Shown piece by piece: positions 9,116 through 17,735 of a stretch of 64,000 nucleotides of DNA. The first letter of the stretch is position 1, and the number at the start of each line of letters is the position of its first letter. Origin of the DNA: Candidatus Latescibacterota bacterium (lineage in GTDB: Bacteria > Latescibacterota > UBA2968). The notes under the pieces were generated by a model that did no database searches, was not told the origin of the DNA, and saw only the letters and a program-made list of their open reading frames with translations. The position numbers were made by a program, and so were the translations under genes. The DNA is taken from assembly GCA_965205975.1 (NCBI GenBank), contig OZ242195.1, positions 512,001 to 576,000 on the forward strand, given 5' to 3'.

Positions 9116-12100
9116 AACTAATATAGAAGATGCTCTGCGTGATCTGCTTCCGTTTATGGAGGCTGCTCACGGCGATGTCCTTGCCCACGTAGAGACAGAT
9201 CTGGATAGGGATAGGCTGATGCGCGGCTCCTATCTCTTCAAGGTTTCCTCTGTGGTCCTTCCCGACGGTGTGGACGACATTCAGGGGTTCATTGAGCAAC
9301 GCTATCGAAGCGTTCTATCTGCAGCACACCGCGCAAACTGGACAGTTCTCACCGCGATTGTTGGTTCGCATTCGGGGGTGTCATTGTACTTGGGCTTCAG
9401 GCCGACACAGACAGATTCGTCTGTCGATCCGGATGTATTCGAACGCATTCTTCAAGGACTGCTGCCGGGACTTGCCCTCGACTTTGAGAAAAACCTGAAA
9501 GTAGAGGCGTTGGTTGGCGGCAAGCGTTTTGGCGGCATGCTCTCGGGAGTGCCCGTATTAAAGATCGATGATGAACGCCAGTACTTTAACTTATCTTCGG
9601 TTGTTCGGAGCCTTCATGGTGAGACATACACTCTGCTATTCGTGTCTCGTCCCGTTCGCGATAACGATCTGTCAAACCAACTGAATGCAGTGTTCGATAT
9701 TCGAGACAAATGCCACACGCTGGCAAGACAAACGTGGACGAAAGAGTCAGGAGAAGGTAAGAATTGGCAAACCAGCCAGACTGAAGGAACGACGGAGACC
9801 GATTCTCGGTTTGTTAAGGCTGCCAGCGGAGCTGTAATTGGCGGAGTTGCCGGAGCAAAGGTCGGAGGTTTGCATGGCGCAGTAATAGGTGCCGGAGTTG
9901 GCGCATCTTTGATTCTGGCCGCATCTGGTCAACGTTCTACATCGAAAGCAGATACTCGGACATATGGTGGTGAGTCGCACTGGAGTGAAAGTCTTTCAGG
10001 AGAACAGCAGGTTACCGTGGCATTGGAATTAGAGCGGATTGCCGAACGGCATACAGATCGACTGATGAAAGCTGCCAACGTTGGTCAATGGGAAACCGCG
10101 ATTACCTTTGCTACAGAGACAGCGGCTGGTCGCGATGTACTAACCGGTGCCCTGCTTGGGGAACTCGCCAAGCCGAGTACAGATGTATATCCGCCGCGCA
10201 TTCATCACGATGACCTAACAAATCAACGCCCGCTCCTTCTCCCCAAATACGACCGTTACAGTGCTGTTTTTCCTAAAAGCCTCGCCTCCTATCTGACCAG
10301 TGAAGAGTTAGCCTCCATCGCCGCGCCGCCATGCGAGAATCTGCCCGGGTATGAGATTCGCCGGACCCCTGCTTTGAGTCTGACGGATATCCGATCCTTC
10401 ACGTCCAGCGAGGGTCGGTCCTTAGGCAATGTCTGCGCCCAGGGTCGTCCACTTGAAGGAGTTGAAGTACGCCTCAGTTCGACCGATCTCGCGAAGCACT
10501 TGTTCGTGTGTGGTCTGACAGGTTCCGGAAAAACCACCACCGTCAAGGAGATACTGGCAGCATTGGATGTCCCTTTCTTGGTTTTGGAGTCGGCGAAGCG
10601 AGACTACCGCCAATTGCTCGGTTGCCCCTCGCTGAAAGGGCCACTGCGTATCTATACACCCGGAGATACTTCGATTGCGCCACTACGATTGAATCCTTTT
10701 CATATCATGCCCGGTGTACCGGCGGGTGTTCATATTGACTATCTCAAGGCGATTTTCAACGCTAGTTTTTCGCTCTATGGTCCTATGCCGTACATCGTTG
10801 AGAAGTGCCTTCACAACATCTATCTAAAGCGTGGTTGGAACTTGACTTCCGGAAAACATCCGCAACTCCTCGACGCTGACGGTCAACCGGACAAACAACG
10901 GTATGACAAGGAAGAGTCGCGATGTTACTTCCCGACCCTTCTTGACCTGCGGGATGAGGTTCAGAAATATGTTCGGTCATTGGATTACAAGGGAGAACTC
11001 TCGGACAATATCAGAACGGCTATCATCACTCGACTGGATAGCCTTGCGGTGGGTGCCAAGGGTCTGCTATTCAACACGTCGAAACCGCTCGACATTGAAG
11101 ATTTGCTGGCGAAACGGACTGTACTCGAGTTGGATGCACTGTCGGACGACGACGATAAGGCATTCGTAGTCGGATTGCTCCTCACGCTCATCAGTGAGTA
11201 CCGGCAAACCAACGACCCTTCCCGTAATCCGTTCGCAAAACCAAGGCACGACCTCCAGCACGACCTCCAGCATGTCCTTGTCATAGAGGAGGCGCACCGC
11301 CTTCTCAAGAATGTTGTGCAGGAACGCCAAACCGAACATCTCGGCAATCCTCGCGGCAAAGCTGTCGAGTTCTTCGCAAATGTGATTTCGGAGATGCGGT
11401 CAATGGGGCAAGGGGTTGCTGTGGTAGAGCAAATTCCTTCGAAACTACTACCCGACGTCATCAAGAATACGAACACGAAAATTGTCCATCGGGTAGTGTC
11501 TCACGATGATCAGGCGCTTCTCGCCTCGACCCTTGGATTGGTAGAACAAGAAGCGATCTATCTCACTTCTCTCCAGACTGGCTACGCGCTCTACGCGACA
11601 GAGGGAATGCAACGACCGATTGAAGTCAAAATCAGGCAGACCCTTTCTCCACGGAAAGTTAGTGACAATCAGGTAATGAAGAAAATGTCTTCAAAGATGG
11701 TCGCAGAAGACGAGGCTAATGTGATGGCAATTCGGCATGCTCTGGGTCCGAAAGGAAATGTCTTGGTCTTGCGATTTCTTTGTACAGTGGCGTGCGGCGA
11801 CTCGTCAGAGTCCTCGGTATATGTGCGCGAAGCCATGGCGCAGTTCAAAGCCCTGCTCCTCAAGCACGACCACAGATTCCCGGAGCCAAGCATCAAGAGA
11901 TTTCTAAGCACAGGCGTTATCGAACTATTGGCGAATGGTCAATTCCGCTTAGCAGACGGCAAGGTGCAGGGTATTGTTCCCTTCATCTCACGTCTCTTAG
12001 ATGGTGATGATCAGGCTGGAGACAGCTTTCGAAAACGATTGGCCCAGGGATGGGGGAAAGATGTGCGGGATGGAGCGATACACCGGATACGCGAACTCGT

Positions 12101-12251
12101 TCTTGACCGAGCATTACGAGGAAGGATTGAGCCCAACGATGCTGATATAAACCGAATCGTGGAAACCTACTTTATTGCGGACATCCCGTCCGTACACGAA
12201 ATTTCAAATCAAGTCTTGAGGCGAATTGGAGGATCGGTATGGATCTCTTAA
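9096..12251 (+). CDS. HerA/FtsK-family (DUF87-like) ATPase with N-terminal glycine-zipper membrane segment
   Basis: Walker A HLFVCGLTGSGKTTT, Walker B VLVIEEAHR, Arg finger EMRSMG, VEQIPSKL; GAVIGGVAGAKVGGLHGAVIGAGVG zipper; GGAGGG RBS before ATG 9096. Confidence 0.9.
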   Translation: MVQNQAETNIEDALRDLLPFMEAAHGDVLAHVETDLDRDRLMRGSYLFKVSSVVLPDGVDDIQGFIEQRYRSVLSAAHRANWTVLTAIVGSHSGVSLYLGFRPTQTDSSVDPDVFERILQGLLPGLALDFEKNLKVEALVGGKRFGGMLSGVPVLKIDDERQYFNLSSVVRSLHGETYTLLFVSRPVRDNDLSNQLNAVFDIRDKCHTLARQTWTKESGEGKNWQTSQTEGTTETDSRFVKAASGAVIGGVAGAKVGGLHGAVIGAGVGASLILAASGQRSTSKADTRTYGGESHWSESLSGEQQVTVALELERIAERHTDRLMKAANVGQWETAITFATETAAGRDVLTGALLGELAKPSTDVYPPRIHHDDLTNQRPLLLPKYDRYSAVFPKSLASYLTSEELASIAAPPCENLPGYEIRRTPALSLTDIRSFTSSEGRSLGNVCAQGRPLEGVEVRLSSTDLAKHLFVCGLTGSGKTTTVKEILAALDVPFLVLESAKRDYRQLLGCPSLKGPLRIYTPGDTSIAPLRLNPFHIMPGVPAGVHIDYLKAIFNASFSLYGPMPYIVEKCLHNIYLKRGWNLTSGKHPQLLDADGQPDKQRYDKEESRCYFPTLLDLRDEVQKYVRSLDYKGELSDNIRTAIITRLDSLAVGAKGLLFNTSKPLDIEDLLAKRTVLELDALSDDDDKAFVVGLLLTLISEYRQTNDPSRNPFAKPRHDLQHDLQHVLVIEEAHRLLKNVVQERQTEHLGNPRGKAVEFFANVISEMRSMGQGVAVVEQIPSKLLPDVIKNTNTKIVHRVVSHDDQALLASTLGLVEQEAIYLTSLQTGYALYATEGMQRPIEVKIRQTLSPRKVSDNQVMKKMSSKMVAEDEANVMAIRHALGPKGNVLVLRFLCTVACGDSSESSVYVREAMAQFKALLLKHDHRFPEPSIKRFLSTGVIELLANGQFRLADGKVQGIVPFISRLLDGDDQAGDSFRKRLAQGWGKDVRDGAIHRIRELVLDRALRGRIEPNDADINRIVETYFIADIPSVHEISNQVLRRIGGSVWIS

Positions 12252-12784
12252 TCCCTGAGGGTGTTTTGAGACTGGATGCGAGTCTTGAGGCCTCGGCTGA
12301 GGCACGCGAGGCAATCATTGGCGAACAAGGGCTGATCCAACAACTCGATTCAATCAGGTTTGAGTCGACGATAGAGGCTTTAGCTGCACGCAATGAGGCT
12401 GCGCTGAGAGAGAGGCCACAGATTGAGGTCAATCGAATATCCGGTGTTGCACGAGAAGGGATGGTAGATGGCGAATTGGCGCGTGAGTATCCTGCGGAGA
12501 CTGGAAACCGTATTGAGCGTGAGTGTTATTTACGTAACGCTGAGGGGGAGAGCGTTAAGGATCCGGTGACGGGAGAGGCACGCCGAATCGACTTCGCCGT
12601 TATCAAAGATGGTGAGGTCGTAAAGTCAGTTGAGGTGACTTCCGAAACCGCAGACAAGACAGCCCAAATGGCAAAGGAAGAACGTATCCGAGAGGCAGGA
12701 GGAAATTATATCAAGGATCGCCTTACGGGCGGAATGGTTCCCTTTAGTTCCGGCGTGGAGACAGAGATTCTGAGGAGGGCCTGA
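12239..12784 (+). CDS. Putative toxin with C-terminal restriction-endonuclease-fold (PD-(D/E)xK-like) domain
   Basis: G..RE helix, RRIDF, V.SVEVTS and K..Q..KE pattern resembling REase-type toxin tips. GGAGG RBS; overlaps the ATPase stop. Confidence 0.6.
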   Translation: MDLLIPEGVLRLDASLEASAEAREAIIGEQGLIQQLDSIRFESTIEALAARNEAALRERPQIEVNRISGVAREGMVDGELAREYPAETGNRIERECYLRNAEGESVKDPVTGEARRIDFAVIKDGEVVKSVEVTSETADKTAQMAKEERIREAGGNYIKDRLTGGMVPFSSGVETEILRRA

Positions 12785-13107
12785 TGGGAAATGGAACGAT
12801 ATACGACAAGGTTTCTTGGCACTTTCCGGAAGGGAAAAATTGTCCCAGTCTGGATGCTGCGAAGGTACACTTTGATGTAGTGATGCATTGGCTTAAGTCC
12901 AAAGATTTGCTGTCGGAAGAAGGTTGTGAGGCGATGGAAATCGGTATCGATTCGGACTTTTCGATCACATCCTATATGCTCACCAAAGAGGGCAATCAAC
13001 TCTTGGCGTTGTGCTATACGGAGTGGGCCAATACCGTACAGTATGGCACGCGGCCATCCGAGAGGTTGCTGGAGGATCGCCTGCGGAAAATTGAGAGTGG
13101 TGAATGA
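12784..13107 (+). CDS. Putative immunity protein
   Basis: TGATG overlap with the toxin; 107-aa acidic protein starting YDKVSWH...HF..VMHWL....LLSEEG. Confidence 0.55.
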   Translation: MGNGTIYDKVSWHFPEGKNCPSLDAAKVHFDVVMHWLKSKDLLSEEGCEAMEIGIDSDFSITSYMLTKEGNQLLALCYTEWANTVQYGTRPSERLLEDRLRKIESGE

Positions 13108-13200
13108 AGGCGAATCATTCAAATATGACAGCGATGGCACTATCCTACAAAACGAACACACAATTTGCTCCTACATAATAACAACGGCTAAAGGCCATTT

Positions 13201-14145
13201 ATGCGTAGCAAAAAGCTATCAAAGCGTTCTGGCATCCGACACTCGATTCTCGATGCCATAGGCAATACGCCGATGTTGCGTATCCGGGAATTGGGTGACA
13301 GGATCAATCCCGAGGTTGAAATCTGGGCGAAGTTGGAGATGTTTAACCCGGGCGGATCGGTCAAAGATCGCCCTGCTTTGCAGATGATTGAAGATGCCGA
13401 AAAAGCAGGTGTGCTCACGCCGGAGAAAGTGATTTTGGATTCGACTTCGGGCAATACGGGTATTGCGTATGCCATGATCGGCGCGGCAAAGGGATACCGC
13501 GTCGAGCTGGTCATGCCCGAGAGCGTGAGCATTGAGCGGCGATACGTCATTCAGTCTTATGGATCTGATCTGGTGTTGAGCGATCCCCTTGAAGGCTCAG
13601 ATGGTGCGATTTTGAAATGTCGAGAAATGCTGGCTGCAAATCCCGATTTGTATTACAAGCCCGATCAGTACAATAATCCATCCAATTCCAGGGCGCATTA
13701 TTTGCATACGGCACCGGAAATCTGGTCGCAGACACAGGGGAGGGTGACGCATTTTGTGGCGACGTTGGGCACGAGTGGTACTGTGATGGGTACTGGCAGA
13801 GGTCTGAAGGGATTTAATCCCGATGTGCAAATTATTGCTGTTGAGCCACCCGAATTTCACGGGATTGAGGGGCTGAAAAATATGGATGTGTCCATTGTGC
13901 CGGGTATTTACGATCCATCGGTGTGGGACCAGAAGATACGGATTGAAACGGAAGATGCGTATGATATTGCGCGATGGTTGACGCGAGATATGGGTTTGCT
14001 GGTGGGGCAGTCGTGTGGTGCGGCGATGGCCGCTGCTCTCAAAGTTGCCGAGACTATAGATGAAGGGGTTATCGTCACTTTGTTTCCCGATAGTGGTGAA
14101 AAGTACATGAGTACGCCTCTGTGGCGGCTCGATCCCGTGAGGTAG
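13201..14145 (+). CDS. cysM: PLP-dependent cysteine synthase (CysM-like)
   Basis: IGNTP, KLEMFNPGGSVKDR, STSGNTG, LGTSGT, FPDSGEKY; adjacent to JAB and sulfur-carrier genes. Confidence 0.88.
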   Translation: MRSKKLSKRSGIRHSILDAIGNTPMLRIRELGDRINPEVEIWAKLEMFNPGGSVKDRPALQMIEDAEKAGVLTPEKVILDSTSGNTGIAYAMIGAAKGYRVELVMPESVSIERRYVIQSYGSDLVLSDPLEGSDGAILKCREMLAANPDLYYKPDQYNNPSNSRAHYLHTAPEIWSQTQGRVTHFVATLGTSGTVMGTGRGLKGFNPDVQIIAVEPPEFHGIEGLKNMDVSIVPGIYDPSVWDQKIRIETEDAYDIARWLTRDMGLLVGQSCGAAMAAALKVAETIDEGVIVTLFPDSGEKYMSTPLWRLDPVR

Positions 14146-14147
14146 CG

Positions 14148-14603
14148 ATGTTTGACAAAGCGATTTGGGATGCCATGTTTGTCCACGCACAGCGAGAATA
14201 CCCGGCAGAGTGTTGCGGTATTGTGACCGAAGATGCTGCGGGTGTGCAGGTGATTCATCCGTGTGAGAATATCCAGGACAAATTGCACGCTGCCGATCCC
14301 GAAACCCATCCGCGCACTTCCAGGACGGCCTATCGCATGAACGATATGCATGTGATGAAAATTCAATCGGAGGCGGAGCAAGCGGGTGGGCGGATTGTCG
14401 CGATCTATCATTCGCATATTGACGTTGGTGCTTATTTTTCTCAAGAGGATCAAGACGCGGCAACATTTTTTGGTGAACCAACCTATCCGGGCGTTGTTTA
14501 TCCCATTATTCCAGTAAAAAATGCCCGGGTAGATATCGGTGGGAAAAAAGTTTTTCAATGGCGTGATTCGTCGTCAAAATTTGAGGAAGTGGAAATTCGG
14601 TGA
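14148..14603 (+). CDS. JAB/Mov34 (Mec-like) metallopeptidase
   Basis: EYPAECCG and the JAMM motif YHSH...GAYFS.ED. Confidence 0.9.
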   Translation: MFDKAIWDAMFVHAQREYPAECCGIVTEDAAGVQVIHPCENIQDKLHAADPETHPRTSRTAYRMNDMHVMKIQSEAEQAGGRIVAIYHSHIDVGAYFSQEDQDAATFFGEPTYPGVVYPIIPVKNARVDIGGKKVFQWRDSSSKFEEVEIR

Positions 14604-14625
14604 AATGTAAAAAAGGAGGTAACAA

Positions 14626-14910
14626 ATGGCTGTAACAGTTCGGATTCCAACGCCTTTGCGCAAATTTACAGGTGATCAATCCGATGTAGAAGTGCAGGGC
14701 GCGACGGTTGGGGAAGCTATCGACAATCTCGAAGCGCAGCATGCGGGTATTAAGGAACACATGGTCGATGAGTCGGGCGCTATTCGACGCTTTGTCAATG
14801 TGTATGTCAACGAAGAGGATATTCGCTTTCTGGATGGTCCCGATACCAGCGTCAAAGATGGCGATCAGGTGACTATTGTGCCTGCGATTGCCGGCGGGTG
14901 TTCCTTTTAA
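14626..14910 (+). CDS. MoaD/ThiS/CysO-family sulfur carrier
   Basis: VTVRIPTPLR...FVNVYVNEEDIRFL.G..T...GD.V.IVPAIAGG followed by a CSF tail. Confidence 0.92.
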   Translation: MAVTVRIPTPLRKFTGDQSDVEVQGATVGEAIDNLEAQHAGIKEHMVDESGAIRRFVNVYVNEEDIRFLDGPDTSVKDGDQVTIVPAIAGGCSF

Positions 14911-14926
14911 TCGGTATATCTGACTT

Positions 14927-15358
14927 ATGATGCACATTTCCGCTAAAGGTGACTACGGTTTGCGTGCGGTTTTAGACCTGTGTCTGCACGATGGGGAAGG
15001 GCCAATTTTGCGTACAGATATCGCTGCGCGACAACACATCCCCGAAGCGTATTTGGTACAGTTGCTCAATCTTTTGCGAAAAGCCGGATTGGTACACAGC
15101 ATTCGCGGTCCCAAAGGCGGACATGTGTTGTTGAAACGTCCGGATGAACTGACCGTGGAAGAGGTATTGGCTGCTCTGGAGGGACCTGTCAATTTGGTGG
15201 ATAAGCGCGAAAAGGCTGAGGATGCGGGAACAGATGTGCTCAAAGATGTATGGGAAGCTGTAGGAACCGCTGTGCATGATGTCCTGTCATCGGTGACATT
15301 TGACGATTTGTGTCGAAAGTACCGGGCGCGTCAGATGCCTGTCACATTCCGGATATGA
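14927..15358 (+). CDS. Rrf2-family regulator (CymR-like, no Fe-S Cys triad)
   Basis: ISAKGDYGLRA...YLVQLL..LRKAGLV.SIRGPKGG; lies among cys genes. Confidence 0.88.
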   Translation: MMHISAKGDYGLRAVLDLCLHDGEGPILRTDIAARQHIPEAYLVQLLNLLRKAGLVHSIRGPKGGHVLLKRPDELTVEEVLAALEGPVNLVDKREKAEDAGTDVLKDVWEAVGTAVHDVLSSVTFDDLCRKYRARQMPVTFRI

Positions 15359-16281
15359 TTATGGATGGCGCGAAAACTGGACATACGGTTCTGGATCTGG
15401 TGGGCAATACGCCCATGGTGCAACTGAACTCGATAGGACCTGCAAATGGTGCTCAGATTTGGGCGAAATTGGAATTTTTTAATCCGGCGGGCAGTGTAAA
15501 AGATCGCACGGCACTTGCTATGGTTGAGGCTGCGGAGAAAAACGGGCAGCTCAAGCCCGGTATGACCATTGTGGAATCGACCAGTGGCAATACGGGTATT
15601 GGCCTTGCCATGGTAGCTGCAATAAAAAATTATCAGCTGATTATTACCATGCCCGAAGGCGTCAGCGACGAGCGTACCCGATTGCTCAAAGCTTATGGTG
15701 CCGAGGTTGTGCTAACGCCCGCCCGCGAGGGGATGCGCGGTGCGATTGAAAAAGCGTGGACGCTTAAGGACAAGAACTGTTTTATTCCGATGCAGTTTGA
15801 AAATCCCGCCAATCCCGAGATTCATCGGCAGACCACTGCCCGCGAGATGATTTCGCAACTTGAGGGCGTTCCCGATGCTTTTGTCGCAGGTGTGGGAACG
15901 GGGGGGACAGTGACCGGTGTGGGCGAGGTCTTTAAGCAGGTGCGATCAGATGTCGTGATCGTCGGCGTAGAGCCAAGGGATTCTGCAGTGTTATCGGGTG
16001 GAGAACCCGGCCCCACTGAGATCGATGGCCTGGGCGCAGGCATGATTCCAGATGTGCTGAATACGGAAATACTGGATCGCGTGATTGTCGTATCTAATTC
16101 GGATGCGCGCAAGATGTCAAAGCGGTTGGCCCGAGAAGAGGGCTTGCTGGTAGGGATTTCGTCGGGTGCAGCAGCGCACGCGGCCGTTGTTGTCGCTTCA
16201 GCGATGAGACCTCAACAGATGGTTGCAACGGTATTGTGCGATACTGGTGAACGCTATTTGGGCACGTTTTTGTTTGGCTGA
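15355..16281 (+). CDS. cysK: Cysteine synthase A
   Basis: KLEFFNPAGSVKDR, ESTSGNTG, QFENPANP..H..TT, GVGTGGT, GISSGA, DTGERYL. Confidence 0.92.
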   Translation: MIMDGAKTGHTVLDLVGNTPMVQLNSIGPANGAQIWAKLEFFNPAGSVKDRTALAMVEAAEKNGQLKPGMTIVESTSGNTGIGLAMVAAIKNYQLIITMPEGVSDERTRLLKAYGAEVVLTPAREGMRGAIEKAWTLKDKNCFIPMQFENPANPEIHRQTTAREMISQLEGVPDAFVAGVGTGGTVTGVGEVFKQVRSDVVIVGVEPRDSAVLSGGEPGPTEIDGLGAGMIPDVLNTEILDRVIVVSNSDARKMSKRLAREEGLLVGISSGAAAHAAVVVASAMRPQQMVATVLCDTGERYLGTFLFG

Positions 16282-16297
16282 TGCACGCGATTACAAT

Positions 16298-16341
16298 AAA
16301 AAAACCCGGCATCTTTTTGAAGATTGCCGGGCCTTTTTATT
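16298..16341. terminator. Bidirectional terminator between cysK and rpsT
   Basis: A-run, CCCGGCA...TGCCGGG hairpin, T-run, between convergent genes. Confidence 0.75.
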
Positions 16342-16353
16342 TGCGCGGATATT

Positions 16354-16611
16354 TTACGATTCAAGAGCAGCGACGTGGCGCCGTACTTTCGATTTGTATC
16401 GGGCGGCCGCATTGCGGTGGATAACGCCTTTTTGAGCTGTTTTGTCAATTGCAGACTGTGTACTATTGATCAGTGCTTCCGCTTCTTCTTTGCTATTTGT
16501 TGCCAGGATTTTTTTTAGAGAAGTGCGCAAAGATGAGCGCGTGCTTTTGTTGCGGAGCCTGGTTTTTTCAGCCTGGCGCATGCGTTTTTTTGATGATGCC
16601 AATTTGGGCAA
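16354..16611 (-). CDS. rpsT: 30S ribosomal protein S20
   Basis: TTG start after GGAGG; PKLASSKKRMRQ...RLRN...IDK.AQKGVIHRNAAARYKS. Confidence 0.95.
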   Translation of the reverse strand: MPKLASSKKRMRQAEKTRLRNKSTRSSLRTSLKKILATNSKEEAEALINSTQSAIDKTAQKGVIHRNAAARYKSKVRRHVAALES

Positions 16612-16765
16612 GGGATTCACCTCCTTAGAGAGTTTTCCGGAATTCAGAATACAAAATCTAACCATTTACAGGTATTTGCACAACCCATTTTTCATTTTCT
16701 TGTTTTTTTGTGCTTCTGTCGTATTTTACCGCCCGGGGTATTTAATCTAATCAGGAGGAATCACA

Positions 16766-17716
16766 ATGACACCAACTATTTATGTCGGCACAATTGGTCA
16801 AGGCGTCTGGCGAAGCAAAGATGGTGGCGACTCATGGCGGCGCACGAGCAGCGGTATGTTTTCAGAATCGGATATCCGCGCCATTGCCGTGCATCCGGAC
16901 AATGCGTCAATTCTCTTTGCGGGGACAGAGACCGGTATTTATCGCTCGCAAAATGGGGGGGACAACTGGGAGAAATTGGATTCTCCAATGAACGGTATGC
17001 AAATTTGGTCTCTTGCGATTCATCCCAGAAATCCAGACACGGTTTATGCAGGCACATGTCCTTCTGCGCTATTTCGGTCAGACGATGGCGGTGAAACATG
17101 GAAGCAACTTTCCGTGGAACTCGTCGAGGATTGCGGTGCTATTATTCCGCGCGTCACGACTATTATCACAGATCCGACAGATGATCAGACCGTCTATGCG
17201 GGTATTGAAATCGATGGGATGCGGATTAGTAGAGATGGCGGCGAGACATGGACATCTGGCAATGAGGGCCTTTCGAGTCTCGACATTCACGGCCTCGCGC
17301 TTGTGCCCGGAAATCCAAAAACGCTTGTGGCTGGTACCAATAATGATGTGTGCCTTACAACCGATATGGTGAATTGGACACGGCTCAATGTGAAAGCAGA
17401 GTTTCCCTGGCCCTATTGCAGGGGGGTGCTCTATATGTCAAGTGGTCGGGTGTATGTCGGCGCGGGAAATGGACCGCCAGGCGATGAAGGCGGGCTGTTC
17501 TACACTTCTGATTTGGGACATTCGTGGGAGCGCGCCGATCTGAACGGCAATACAAACAGTACGGTCTGGGCGATTGTTCACAATCCCGCTGTGCCGAATT
17601 TGATAATAGCGTATAGCATTGCCGGACAAATTTTTAGCAGCACCGATAATGGCGATTCCTGGACCAAATTCGCCCGCGAGTTCGGCGAAGTTCGCGCAGT
17701 GGCTATTGCGCAGTAA
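16766..17716 (+). CDS. BNR/Asp-box beta-propeller protein
   Basis: Repeated S.DGG.TW Asp-boxes; AGGAGG RBS. Confidence 0.85.
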   Translation: MTPTIYVGTIGQGVWRSKDGGDSWRRTSSGMFSESDIRAIAVHPDNASILFAGTETGIYRSQNGGDNWEKLDSPMNGMQIWSLAIHPRNPDTVYAGTCPSALFRSDDGGETWKQLSVELVEDCGAIIPRVTTIITDPTDDQTVYAGIEIDGMRISRDGGETWTSGNEGLSSLDIHGLALVPGNPKTLVAGTNNDVCLTTDMVNWTRLNVKAEFPWPYCRGVLYMSSGRVYVGAGNGPPGDEGGLFYTSDLGHSWERADLNGNTNSTVWAIVHNPAVPNLIIAYSIAGQIFSSTDNGDSWTKFAREFGEVRAVAIAQ

Positions 17717-17735
17717 TACAGGTGGTGGATAGTGG

